Part shown: positions 18,375-27,407 of the stretch, piece after piece | Numbering within the stretch: position 1 is the stretch's first letter | Layout: every line of letters begins with the position of its first letter | NCBI GenBank assembly: GCA_041398545.1 | Contig: JAWKUM010000016.1 | Location: 10,490 to 74,489 of the forward strand | Direction of reading: 5' to 3' | DNA: 64,000 nucleotides | Origin: Planctomycetota bacterium | Lineage (GTDB): Bacteria; Planctomycetota; UBA1135; GCA-002748355 | Notes under the pieces: model-generated | Databases searched by the model: none | Seen by the model: only the letters and a program-made list of their open reading frames with translations | What the model was told of the DNA's origin: nothing | Program-made: the position numbers and the translations under genes

Positions 18375-18393
18375 GCGCCGGGCCGGCGCTCAG
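18371..18393. terminator. bidirectional hairpin embedding both convergent stop codons (CTGAGCGCCGG-G-CCGGCGCTCAG)
   Basis: 11-bp perfect arms at 18371-18381 and 18383-18393. TGA at 18372-18374 belongs to the plus-strand gene and TCA at 18390-18392 to the minus-strand gene. Confidence 0.5.
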
Positions 18394-20080
18394 AGCAGCC
18401 GGTAGCCGGGTCCGCCGCCGGGCTCGGGCACGACCCAGTCGATGACCTGGTACGGGTCGGCGATGTCGCAGGTCTTGCAGTGCACGCAGTTGCTCGGGTT
18501 GAGCTGGAGCCGCCGGCCGCCGCCGTCGGCCTCGACCATCTCGTAGACCGCGGCCGGGCAGAAGTGCTGGCAGGGGTTGCCGTACTCCCGCGCGCAGCGG
18601 TCGTTGCACAGGTCGGGCTCGGTGATCACGAGGTGACAGGGCTGGTCCTCCTCGTGCTTGGTCCCCGAGGCGAACACGTCGGTGACCTTGTCGAAGGTCA
18701 GCTCGCCGAGCTCGGGGAGCTTGCCGAGCTCGGGCTTGGGGCCGGCCTCGGACAGCTTCTTCATGTACTCGTGGCTGGCCTCGTTCCGGAGCCCGTCGGA
18801 CCAGAGGAAGCCCTTGCCGCCGAAGTACATCCCGAAGCCGGCGTTGAGCAGGCCGTAGAGCCGGCCCTTCTCGAAGCCCTGGTGGAAGTTGCGGGATCCG
18901 CGCAGCTCGTGGTACGACCAGTCCTTCTCGAACAGCTCCTTGAAGCGCTTCGTCCGCGCCGCCTTGAGGATCCCCGGCTCGCCGCCCTCCCGGGCCTCGG
19001 CGAGGAGCCCCTCGAAGATCGTCTTCGCGGCCAGCATCCCCGAGCGGATCGCGAGGTGGATGCCCTTGAGGCGCATGCCGTTGAGGAAGCCGGCGCTGTC
19101 CCCGATCAGCAGGAAGCCGTCGCCGTACGGCCGCGGCATCGCGAACAGCCCGCCCTCCGGCAGCGACTTGGCGCCGTAGTCGAGCATCTTGCCGCCCTCG
19201 AGGACCTTGCGGACGAGGGGGTGGGTCTTGCTGAGCTGGAAGTACCGGTGGGGGTCGCTCCACGGCCGGCGGGCGTCGAGGCCCGTGACCCAGCCGACCG
19301 AGACCAGGCGGCCGCCGTCGAAGCCGTCGCCCATGCCGTAGATCCAGCCGCCGCCGAAGACGTCCTTCTCGTGCGGCCAGCCCATCGTGTGGAGCACCGC
19401 GCCGGCGGCGAGGCGGTCCTTGGGCACCTCCCAGACCTCCTTGACCCCGGTCGCGTAGACCTGGGGGTTGCGGCCCTGGAGGCCGAGGTCCTGGACGAGG
19501 TGCTTGGTCAGGGAGCCCCGGCTGCCCTCGGCCAGCACCGTGATGCGGGCGCGGACCTCGGCGCCGGGCTCGAAGTTGGCGCGGTGCTCCCGTCCTTGCC
19601 GACGCCGGCGTCGGCGAGGACCAGCCCGCGGACCTCGTCGCCCTCGCGGATCAGCGACCGCCCGGACAGGGGGGCGAACAGGTTGACGCCCTTCTCCTCG
19701 GCCTTCTCGCCGAGCCAGCGGACGAGCTTGTTGAGCGAGACGACGTACTTGCCCTTGTTGTGCAGGCTCCTGGGCACGAACGGCAGCTTGGAGGCCTTGC
19801 CCTCCTTGAGCATGTACATCGCGTCCGACGACACCTCGGCCTCGATGGGGGCGCCCTGCTCCTTCCAGTCGGGGATCAGCTCGGCGATCCCCTTGGGGTC
19901 CATGACCGCGCCCGAGAAGGCGTGGGCCCCGACCTCCTTGCCCTTCTCGATGACCAGCACCTCGGGCTCGAGCCTGAGGTCCGAGCCACCCTCGTTGTGC
20001 CGGGCGACGAGATCCTGGAGGTGGATCGCGCAGGCCAGCCCGGCGGGGCCGGCGCCGACGATAAGGACGTCGAACTCCAT
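18390..20080 (-). pseudogene. electron transfer flavoprotein-ubiquinone oxidoreductase, one frameshift as assembled
   Basis: The N-terminal half is ORF 19508-20113 (from ATG 20080: [18 protein letters not shown]…) and the C-terminal half is ORF 18390-19538 (…CPAAVYEMVEADGGGRRLQLNPSNCVHCKTCDI…). The junction near 19590 reads GACGGGAGCACC where GACGGGGAGCAC (DGEH) restores [17 protein letters not shown]. Confidence 0.85.
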
Positions 20081-20290
20081 CGTGTCGCGTTCGACCAAGA
20101 CGGCCTCCTGCAAGGGGATGCGGGAATCGGGGGGACGATCCTAGCCCGGGCCCGCCGGCAGTCCACGACGCGGCTCCGGGGGCCGGCGCAGGAGCCCGGG
20201 AGCGGGGTCGGCGGCGGCCCCTGCTTGGACCGGGCCCGGCGAAGGCCTACAGTCTCCCGACTTGGATCCCGGAGGCCCGAGAGCTTCGTC

Positions 20291-20815
20291 ATGACCGAGA
20301 ACACCCTGAGCCTGTTCCAGGGCTCCGCCGCGCACGGCCACGTCAAGGACGGCAAGGCGGCCTGGTTCACGACCCAGCTCGACGCCCTGATCAACTGGGG
20401 CCGCAAGAACAGCCTCTGGCCGATGCCGATGGGCCTGTCCTGCTGCGCGATCGAGATGATGGCCATGGTCGGCCCGCGCTACGACATGGCCCGGTTCGGG
20501 GCCGAGGCGATGCGCTTCTCGCCGCGCCAGGCCGACCTGATGATCGTGGCCGGCACGGTGACCTGGAAGATGGCGCCGATCGTGCGCACGATCTACGAGC
20601 AGATGCCGCACCCCAAGTGGGTCATCGCGATGGGCGCCTGCTCGTCCTCGGGTGGCATGTACGACAACTACTCCGTCGTGCAGGGCGTCGACACGATCCT
20701 CCCGGTCGACATCTACGTGCCCGGCTGCCCGCCGCGCCCCGACGCCGTCCTCGACGCCCTGATCAAGATCCAGAACAAGATCCAGGCCGAGGAGTCCTGG
20801 ACGCACGACCGCTGA
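20291..20815 (+). CDS. nuoB: NADH-quinone oxidoreductase subunit B
   Basis: 174-aa tail of ORF 19760-20815 from ATG 20291: [43 protein letters not shown]. No other nuo gene is adjacent. Confidence 0.9.
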   Translation: MTENTLSLFQGSAAHGHVKDGKAAWFTTQLDALINWGRKNSLWPMPMGLSCCAIEMMAMVGPRYDMARFGAEAMRFSPRQADLMIVAGTVTWKMAPIVRTIYEQMPHPKWVIAMGACSSSGGMYDNYSVVQGVDTILPVDIYVPGCPPRPDAVLDALIKIQNKIQAEESWTHDR

Positions 20816-21096
20816 GCGCGTCGGGCGGGTTCCGGATCGGCGCAATCGGGATCCGATAGGGTCCGATGCGTGCGCCCGGCCGCACCAATCGTCGGCCCGG
20901 CTCAGTAACCCCTCCACGCCTCCGGACTAGTCGGCAATGTCCGGGGTTGGCCCGCGAAGGGAACCCCTGGCCTCCGCCCGGAGTAGGAACTCCTGACTCC
21001 GACGGAGTCCAAGACCGGGAAGGGACCCTGCGGGGTTTCGACCGGAACGACGCGTCCAGGGTCGTCCTGGGCGCGAAGCGTCCAAAGGAGGCGAGC

Positions 21097-21519
21097 ATGA
21101 AAGCCAGGCTGTCGATGGATGAAGCCAGGTCGTTGCTCCCCCTCCTCAAATCGATCAGCGATGAGGTGAGGGAGCGCCGCAAGGACCAGTCGAGGCTCGA
21201 GGGCCTCCTTTCGGACCTGAGGGTCGCCACGCTCACGACGCCCGAGGGCATGGACATGGCCGTGCAGGACGTCGAGGCCGAGCTGGCCCAGGTCAGGTTC
21301 GAGCTCCGGCGCGCCCTCCACGAGCTCGAGGAGCTCGGGCTCGAGGTCCCCAGCCTCAAGCCGCTCGTCATCTACATCCCCGGCATGGCCGAGGGCAAGG
21401 AGGTCATCTTCTACTGGGAGGAGGGTGACCCCGCGCTCGAGGCCGGCGTCGAGCTCGACGCCGCCGACGCCGCCGACGCCGCCGACGCCGGACCGGCCGA
21501 GGCCGACCGCATCGTCTGA
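21097..21519 (+). CDS. DUF2203 family protein
   Basis: 140-aa tail of ORF 20866-21519 from ATG 21097. AAGGAGG at 21085-21091 lies 5 nt upstream. Family pattern: MDEARSLLPLLKSI…LEELGLEV…KEVIFYWEEGDPAL. The C-terminal DAADAADAAD is encoded by a 9-nt tandem repeat. Confidence 0.7.
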   Translation: MKARLSMDEARSLLPLLKSISDEVRERRKDQSRLEGLLSDLRVATLTTPEGMDMAVQDVEAELAQVRFELRRALHELEELGLEVPSLKPLVIYIPGMAEGKEVIFYWEEGDPALEAGVELDAADAADAADAGPAEADRIV

Positions 21520-21543
21520 CCCGAAGACCCACCCGACACCCCG

Positions 21544-21581
21544 AGGGGCCCCGCGGCCGCGCCGGCGACCGCGGGGCCCCT
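21544..21581 (+). terminator. GC-rich stem-loop (13-bp stem, 12-nt loop) downstream of the DUF2203 gene
   Basis: AGGGGCCCCGCGG (21544-21556) pairs perfectly with CCGCGGGGCCCCT (21569-21581). It lies 25 nt after the stop at 21517-21519. No U-tract follows. Confidence 0.55.
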
Positions 21582-21732
21582 GCGCGTACCGGGCCGCCGG
21601 GGCATCGTGCGGAGATCGCGCGGACCTGGGACCCAGGCCGTCGCCGCCCCGGGGGAAAGGCTTGCACGCGCTGGGGCGCGGGCTGCAATGGTTGCCTCGC
21701 CGACCCCAGGACCCCGCACCGAGGACCGACCC

Positions 21733-22716
21733 ATGACGAGCCCCAGAGTCGTCGCCGTGACCGGCGCCGCCGGCCAGATCGGCTACTCCCTCCTGCCCCG
21801 CATCGCCCGCGGCGACGTGTTCGGCCCGGACGTGCCCGTCGTCCTGCAGTGCCTCGAGATCCCGCCGGTGCTGCAGGCCCTGCGCGGCGTCCTCATGGAG
21901 ATCGAGGACTGCGCGTTCCCGCTGGTCCGTGGGCTGCTGGGCACCGACGACCCGGAGGTCGCGTTCAAGGACGCGGACCTGGCGCTGCTCGTCGGCTCCA
22001 AGCCGCGGACCAAGGACATGCAGCGCAAGGACCTGATCCGCGAGAACGGGCCGATCTTCGTCGGCCAGGGCAAGGCCCTCGACAAGGTCGCCAAGCGCGG
22101 CTGCCGCGTCGTCGTCGTCGGCAACCCCTGCAACACCAACTGCCTGATCGCGATGCACAACGCGCCCGGGCTGCCCGACGCGCAGTTCTCGGCCATGACC
22201 CAGCTCGACCACAACCGCGCCAAGGCCCAGATCGCCCTGCGCGCCGGGGCCGACTTCAAGGACGTCAGGAACGTCGTCATCTGGGGCAACCACAGCAACA
22301 AGCAGTACCCCGACTGGCACCACGCGATGGTCGGGGCCAAGGCCGCGAGCCAGGCCGTGGCCGACGACGCGTGGTTCGTCGAGCAGTTCATCCCGACGGT
22401 CCAGGAGCGCGGCAAGGCCATCATCGAGGCCCGCGGGCTCAGCTCCGCGATGTCGGCGGCCAGCTCGGCCCTCGACCACGCCCGCTACCTGTTCCAGGGC
22501 ACGCCCAAGGGCGAGTGGACCTCGATGGCCGTGCGCTCCGACGGCAGCTACGGCGTCGCGGAGGGCCTGATCTCGTCCTTCCCGGTCACCTGCAAGGGCG
22601 ACGGGACCTACGAGATCGTCCAGGGCCTCGAGCTCGACGCCTTCGGCACCGACCGCCTCGGCCTCTCCATCGCCGAGCTCCAACAGGAGCGCGACACCGT
22701 CGCCGACCTCCTGTAG
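21733..22716 (+). CDS. mdh: malate dehydrogenase (LDH-like, cytosolic-type)
   Basis: 327-aa tail of ORF 21607-22716 from ATG 21733: [46 protein letters not shown]. The gene ends in TAG. Confidence 0.95.
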   Translation: MTSPRVVAVTGAAGQIGYSLLPRIARGDVFGPDVPVVLQCLEIPPVLQALRGVLMEIEDCAFPLVRGLLGTDDPEVAFKDADLALLVGSKPRTKDMQRKDLIRENGPIFVGQGKALDKVAKRGCRVVVVGNPCNTNCLIAMHNAPGLPDAQFSAMTQLDHNRAKAQIALRAGADFKDVRNVVIWGNHSNKQYPDWHHAMVGAKAASQAVADDAWFVEQFIPTVQERGKAIIEARGLSSAMSAASSALDHARYLFQGTPKGEWTSMAVRSDGSYGVAEGLISSFPVTCKGDGTYEIVQGLELDAFGTDRLGLSIAELQQERDTVADLL

Positions 22717-22807
22717 GTCTCGGAGACTCCGACGGAACGGTTTCCCGCGAAACCCTTCCGTTCGCACCTCCGGTTACGGAACAGTTGCCTGACAGCCTGG
22801 CAGGTCC
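22714..22807 (+). repeat. copy A of a ~95-nt dispersed intergenic element beginning at the mdh TAG stop
   Basis: Hand alignment to the reverse complement of 57636-57729 gives about four identical positions in five. Shared blocks: TAGGTCTC, GGTTTCCCGCGA(A/T)ACCCTTCCG(T/G)TCG, ACGGAACAGTT(G/T)CCTGAC, TGGCAG. Internal hairpin: ACGGAAC-GGTTTC-CCGC-GAAACC-C-TTCCGT. Confidence 0.6.
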
Positions 22808-22816
22808 CTGCCAGGA

Positions 22817-24163
22817 TCAGGCCTCGGCCGGGCCCTGCGCGCGGCCGCGGGCGGCGTCGATCTCGGCCAGGCGCTCGGCGACGCGGCGCTCGAAGCCGCG
22901 CTCGCCGGGCCGGTAGAAGCCCCGGCCTGCCAGCTCCTGCGGCAGGCAGTCCATGCCGGGCACGCCCTCGGCGAAGTCGTGGGCGTACTCGAAGCCCTCG
23001 CCGGCGCCCTGCTGCTTCATCCACGCCGTCGGCGCGTTGCGCAGCTGCGGCGGCACCCGCGCCGCGGGCTCGTCGCGGATGGCCTCGTCGCAGGCGCCGA
23101 GCGCCCGGTAGACGGCGTTGCTCTTGGGGGCCGCGGCGAGGTAGACGCAGGCCATGCCCATCGCGAGCCGGCCCTCGGGGAGCCCGAGGAAGCGCACGGC
23201 CTCGAGCGCCTGCAGGGCCAGGGTCAGGGCCTGGGGGTCGGCCAGGCCGACGTCCTCGGCCGCCATCGCGACCATGCGCCGGACGAGGACGAGCGGGTCC
23301 TCGCCGGCCTCGAGGGCCCGGCACATCCAGTACAGGGCCGCGTCCGCCGCCGAGCTGCGCAGGCTCTTGTGGAACGCCGACAGCAGGTCGAAGTGGCTGT
23401 CCCCGCGCCGATCGTGGAGCAGCACGCGCTTCTGCAGCGCCTCCTCGACCCGCGTCCGCGTCAGCCGCTTCTCGGTCGCGCGCAGGCCGGCCACGGCGTG
23501 CTCGAGCCCGGTCAGCGCGCGCCGCGCGTCGCCGCCGGCCTGCTGGGCGAGGCCCTCGAGGGCGTCGGGCTCGGCCTCGATCCCGTCCTCGCCGAGGCCG
23601 CGCTCGGGGTCGGCCAGGGCCCGCTCGAGCACGGCCACGAGGTCGTCCCGGCCGATCGGCCGCAGCACGTGCACCGTGACCCGCGACAGCAGGGCCGCGT
23701 TGAGCGCGAAGCTCGGGTTCTCGGTCGTGGCCCCGACGAGGATGACGTCGCCGCGCTCGACGAACGGCAGGAAGGCGTCCTGCTGGGCCTTGTTGAAGCG
23801 GTGGATCTCATCGACGAACAGCAGCGTCCGCCGGCCGCGCCGCAGCCGCTCGGCCGCGGTCCGGCAGACCTCGCGCAGCTCCTTGACCCCGCTCAGCACG
23901 GCCGAGAACGGCACGAACACGGCGTCGACGGCGTCGGCGAGGATGCGCGCGATCGTCGTCTTGCCGGTCCCGGGCGGCCCGACGAGGACGGTCGAGCCGA
24001 GCTTGCCCTCGGCGATGGCCCGCCTCAGCGGCGCGCCGGCGCCGAGCAGGTGGTCCTGGCCGACGACCTCGTCGAAGCCCCGCGGCCGCATGCGCTCGGC
24101 CAGCGGGGCGTGGGCCGGCACCCCGGCCCGCGGCGGCTCCGCGTCGTCGTAGAGCCCGGTCAC
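22817..24163 (-). CDS. rarA: replication-associated recombination protein A (MgsA/RarA AAA+ ATPase)
   Basis: 448-aa tail of ORF 22817-25921 from GTG 24163 (GTGA overlap with the upstream stop): GPPGTGKTTIARILA, LFVDEIHRFNKAQQDAFLP, LVGATTENPSF, DSHFDLLSAFHKSLRSS. Confidence 0.9.
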   Translation of the reverse strand: MTGLYDDAEPPRAGVPAHAPLAERMRPRGFDEVVGQDHLLGAGAPLRRAIAEGKLGSTVLVGPPGTGKTTIARILADAVDAVFVPFSAVLSGVKELREVCRTAAERLRRGRRTLLFVDEIHRFNKAQQDAFLPFVERGDVILVGATTENPSFALNAALLSRVTVHVLRPIGRDDLVAVLERALADPERGLGEDGIEAEPDALEGLAQQAGGDARRALTGLEHAVAGLRATEKRLTRTRVEEALQKRVLLHDRRGDSHFDLLSAFHKSLRSSAADAALYWMCRALEAGEDPLVLVRRMVAMAAEDVGLADPQALTLALQALEAVRFLGLPEGRLAMGMACVYLAAAPKSNAVYRALGACDEAIRDEPAARVPPQLRNAPTAWMKQQGAGEGFEYAHDFAEGVPGMDCLPQELAGRGFYRPGERGFERRVAERLAEIDAARGRAQGPAEA

Positions 24164-24987
24164 GCCCCGCTCCGCGCGGCCGCGAAGGTCCGCAGCTCGC
24201 AGCGCCCGTCGGCCAGCAGCAGGACCGAGCCCTCGGGCAGCGCGACCCAGTCCTCGACGAGGTCGTCGAGCGGCTCGGACACGATCACGCAGGCGCGGTG
24301 GTGGAGGTTCTCCTCCGCCGGCATGAGCTCCTCGAGGGCCACGACGCTGCGCGACCGGTACAGCGTCGGCGAGTCGCCGTCGCTGCTGTAGCGGACCGCG
24401 ATCAGGCGCCGCCCGTCGCTGACGCCGAGCGTCATCCGCAGCGGCCGCTCGATGCCGTGCCGCGCCCCGACCTCCTCGACGTAGCCGGCCATGCGCTGGA
24501 GGGCCGGCACGGGGTCGTGCTCGAGCCCGAAGCCGAGCGCGAGGTGGAACAGGATCTCCGAGTCGGTCGTGCCCTCGATCCCGTCGAAGAGCTCGGCCGG
24601 CACGCCGAGAACGAGGTCGCGGCGCAGCGCGGCGAGCTCGCGCACGAGGCCGTTGTGCACGAACAGCCAGCGGCCGTGCCGGAACGGGTGGCAGTTGGTC
24701 TGCTGGACCATCGTCCCGGTCGAGCGCCGGACGTGGGCCAGGAACAGCGGCGCCTCGACCTGCTCGGCGAGGTCGCGGAGGTTGCGGTCGTTCCAGGCCG
24801 GGAGCACCGAGCGGAACAGGCCGGGCCGCTCGCGGCCGCCGTACCAGCCGATGCCGAAGCCGTCGCCCTGCGTCGTCTCGGTCGACTGCCGCGCGTGCAG
24901 GCTCTGCTCGATCAGCCCGTGCTCTGACCCGAACAGCATCTTGGACAGTACCAGCGGGGCGCCGGAGTAGGCCAGCCACCGGCACAT
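24160..24987 (-). CDS. class II glutamine amidotransferase (YafJ/EgtC-like)
   Basis: 275-aa ORF starting MCRWLAYSG (Cys2 nucleophile): DGFGIGWY, FLAHVRRSTG…NCHPF, FVHNG. Confidence 0.85.
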   Translation of the reverse strand: MCRWLAYSGAPLVLSKMLFGSEHGLIEQSLHARQSTETTQGDGFGIGWYGGRERPGLFRSVLPAWNDRNLRDLAEQVEAPLFLAHVRRSTGTMVQQTNCHPFRHGRWLFVHNGLVRELAALRRDLVLGVPAELFDGIEGTTDSEILFHLALGFGLEHDPVPALQRMAGYVEEVGARHGIERPLRMTLGVSDGRRLIAVRYSSDGDSPTLYRSRSVVALEELMPAEENLHHRACVIVSEPLDDLVEDWVALPEGSVLLLADGRCELRTFAAARSGA

Positions 24988-24990
24988 GGC

Positions 24991-25800
24991 CTAGCCCTCC
25001 GCCCCGCGCCGCCGGCGCGCCAGCTCGTACAGGACGACGCCGGCCGCGACCGAGACGTTGAGGCTGTCGACCGGCGCCCGCATCGGGATGCGCACGAAGC
25101 GCGCGCAGCGCTCGCGCAGCCGCTTGGGGATCCCGCCACCCTCGGCGCCGAGCAGGAACAGCTGCGGGGCCGGCCCGAAGTCCATGTCCCAGAGCTCGGT
25201 CCCCGTGGCACCGTCGGTCGCGACGAGGGTCACGCCGTGCTCCTCGACGAAGGCCAGCAGGTCCTCGGCGGCGGCGTCGGGCCAGCACGGCAGCCTGAAC
25301 ACCGAGCCGGCCGAGCCGCGCAGGGCCTTGTCCCGAAACGGGTGGGCGCTGCCGCGCAAGGCGACGAAGCCCGAGGCCCCCGCGGCCTCGGCCGTGCGCA
25401 CGAGCCCGCCGAGGTTGCCCGGGTCCTGCACGCCGCAGGCCGCGAGCAGGAACGGCCGCTCGCCGCGCACGAAGTCGGCCGGCTCCCAGCTCGGCTGGCG
25501 CACGAAGGCCAGCACGCCCTGGTGGGTCTTGAGCGCGCTGCAGCGCTCGAGGATCTCGTCGGTCGTGTCGAGCAGCCGCCCCGCGCCCCGCTCGAGCGCG
25601 GCCGCCAGCGCCGCGCCCCGCTCGCTGGTCAGGAGCCGTGGCGAGATCAGCGCCTCGACGACCTCGAGGCCGCTCGCCGCCGCCTCCTCGACGAGCCGCA
25701 CGCCCTCGGCCAGCAGCAGGCCCGCGAGCCGCCCCTCGCGCGCCTCGCGCGCGCGCCGGACGACCGGGTTCTTGGTGCTGCGGATCGACGGCTCGTACAT
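24991..25800 (-). CDS. TrmH/SpoU family RNA 2'-O-methyltransferase
   Basis: 269-aa tail of ORF 24991-27231 from ATG 25800: VQDPGNLGGLVRTAEAAGA, LLGAEGGGI, IPMRAPVDSLNVSVAAGVVLYE. Confidence 0.85.
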   Translation of the reverse strand: MYEPSIRSTKNPVVRRAREAREGRLAGLLLAEGVRLVEEAAASGLEVVEALISPRLLTSERGAALAAALERGAGRLLDTTDEILERCSALKTHQGVLAFVRQPSWEPADFVRGERPFLLAACGVQDPGNLGGLVRTAEAAGASGFVALRGSAHPFRDKALRGSAGSVFRLPCWPDAAAEDLLAFVEEHGVTLVATDGATGTELWDMDFGPAPQLFLLGAEGGGIPKRLRERCARFVRIPMRAPVDSLNVSVAAGVVLYELARRRRGAEG

Positions 25801-25835
25801 GGGGGGAAGGATAGCGGGGGGGCGGGACCGGCAGG

Positions 25836-27407
25836 TCAGGGACCTCGCCGGAAGAGCCGCACCCAGCGCTCCTCTCGGACCAGGGTCCATTCCCCCCGCG
25901 TGAGGATCCGTTCCGCGGCAATCTCCCCGCGATCCCGCGTCACGAGCAGCCAGGCCGGGCGGGCCAGCTCCAGGGCCCGGTCCAGGGCCTCGTCGGTCGC
26001 GTCCGCGTCGACCCCGAGCTCGGCGAAGCGGAGCGGGGTCACGTCCTCGAGGTCGAGGAGGTCCCGGTACGGTTCCGGATTGGTGCCGAGCAGCCGGCCG
26101 GACCTCGGTCCCTCGGGGGAGGCGAGGACGACGACTGCCGTGCGGTCTGAGCGAGGGGGGAAGTGCCCCACGAACCCCGTCGTCCCCAGGAGCATGACCA
26201 CGAATCCGCACGCGAGGAGCTCCTCCCATCGACCCACCGGGACGGCCTTGCGGGGGGCGCCGCTCGCGAGCATCAGGTACAGCAACGGCGCGGCCGGCAG
26301 CAGGAGCTCGCTGCGGGCCTGGATCAACAGAGCCGACAGGATGGCGACCGTGCAGGAGATCGCGAAGGCCATTGCCCAATGGAACGGATCCTGCCTCCCC
26401 ACTTCCCGCCGTCTCCTGCGGAACGCGAAGTCCAGCAGCAGTCCGAACGCGATCAGCGTCGCGATCCGGACGTACGTGCTCCCTCCGAACGGGGACAGGA
26501 AGGCCGTCGCGAAGGCCTCGGGCAGGGCACTCAGGTTGTGGCCCAGGTGCGCGAGGAAGTGCCCCGGGGCCGCGACCGCCGCCGCGGGGATCGAACCGGC
26601 GTCGCCGAAGTCGTGCCGCATGATCGCGTCGGGCTCGGCGAAGGGATCCGTACCGGGCGGGACGGGGCCGGGGTCCCGCTGGGCCGCGAGCATCGCGTAG
26701 TGCTGGCGGAAGGCCCACCAGGACCGCGCCCGGTTGCCCGGGCCGGCCAGGAAGGCCAGGGCGGCCAGGCTCGCGGCCAGGGCCAGGATCGCCGCCCGGC
26801 GGCCGTGTTGCCCGGACCGCGACCGACGCCACCAGAGCAGGGCCAAGACCGGGATCGCCAGGGCCCACTCGGGACGGCACAACGGCAGGAGGGCCGTCAC
26901 GAGGAGCCCCCAGCGGGTGCGTCTCCGCAGGAAGCAGCCGAGCGCGACGAAGGCCAGGCCGGCGCAGAACACGAACACGCCGATCCGGGGGGTGCCCCAG
27001 ATGCGGTCGAGGTCGGTGACGCAGGGGCCGGTCAGCCAGACCACGGCGAAGGCGAAGGCCCAGCCGGGCCCGGTCAAGGCGCGGAACACCCAGTACAGGG
27101 CCAATGTGCTGCCGATGACCCGGAGACCGACCATGAAGTCCATGGCCTGCAGGCCGTTCACGGTCAGCAGGTCCAGGACGCCGTAGCAGATCGAGTAGAC
27201 CGGACCCCAGGCCGGCTCGAGGTGCCACCACCTGCCCTCGAGCAGCCAGCGTCCGCGGCAGAGGTAGTAGATCTCGTCGGCTGGATGGATGTCGACGAGC
27301 AAGATGCGGAAGCCGACCATCAACAAGGAGAGCAGCACGAGCACGAGGACATGGGCCGCGTCCAACGACCGCAGCTTGCGGCGCTCGGCCGGCACCACCT
27401 CGCTCAC
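25836..27407 (-). CDS. polytopic membrane protein (glycosyltransferase-39/ArnT-like topology suspected)
   Basis: 523-aa tail of ORF 25836-28436 from GTG 27407 (GTGA overlap with the gluQ stop). At least ten hydrophobic segments precede a soluble C-terminal ~110 aa. The family call is tentative. Confidence 0.65.
   Translation of the reverse strand: MSEVVPAERRKLRSLDAAHVLVLVLLSLLMVGFRILLVDIHPADEIYYLCRGRWLLEGRWWHLEPAWGPVYSICYGVLDLLTVNGLQAMDFMVGLRVIGSTLALYWVFRALTGPGWAFAFAVVWLTGPCVTDLDRIWGTPRIGVFVFCAGLAFVALGCFLRRRTRWGLLVTALLPLCRPEWALAIPVLALLWWRRSRSGQHGRRAAILALAASLAALAFLAGPGNRARSWWAFRQHYAMLAAQRDPGPVPPGTDPFAEPDAIMRHDFGDAGSIPAAAVAAPGHFLAHLGHNLSALPEAFATAFLSPFGGSTYVRIATLIAFGLLLDFAFRRRRREVGRQDPFHWAMAFAISCTVAILSALLIQARSELLLPAAPLLYLMLASGAPRKAVPVGRWEELLACGFVVMLLGTTGFVGHFPPRSDRTAVVVLASPEGPRSGRLLGTNPEPYRDLLDLEDVTPLRFAELGVDADATDEALDRALELARPAWLLVTRDRGEIAAERILTRGEWTLVREERWVRLFRRGP

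Noticed and set aside
21662-21689. Sigma-70-like hexamers TTGCAC-16 nt-TGCAAT upstream of mdh. A similar TTGCAA-16 nt-TAGCCT lies on the minus strand at 33222-33249, upstream of the HTH-EIIA gene.
   Set aside because: These are motif-only matches in a lineage whose promoter consensus I do not know, and there are no transcript data. They are not reported as features.
22714-22900. TAG read-through hypothesis. In frame after the two TAG stops, the two element copies translate to similar peptides (VSETPTERFPAKPFRS… and VSDTSREWFPAIPFRS…).
   Set aside because: At about 80 percent nucleotide identity, similar peptides also appear in the reverse frame (CQAVRQLFRN… / CHSVRKLFRS…). Only about four of roughly twenty substitutions are synonymous in the forward frame. 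Neither extension meets an in-frame stop before running antisense into the next gene. I therefore treat it as a nucleic-acid element.
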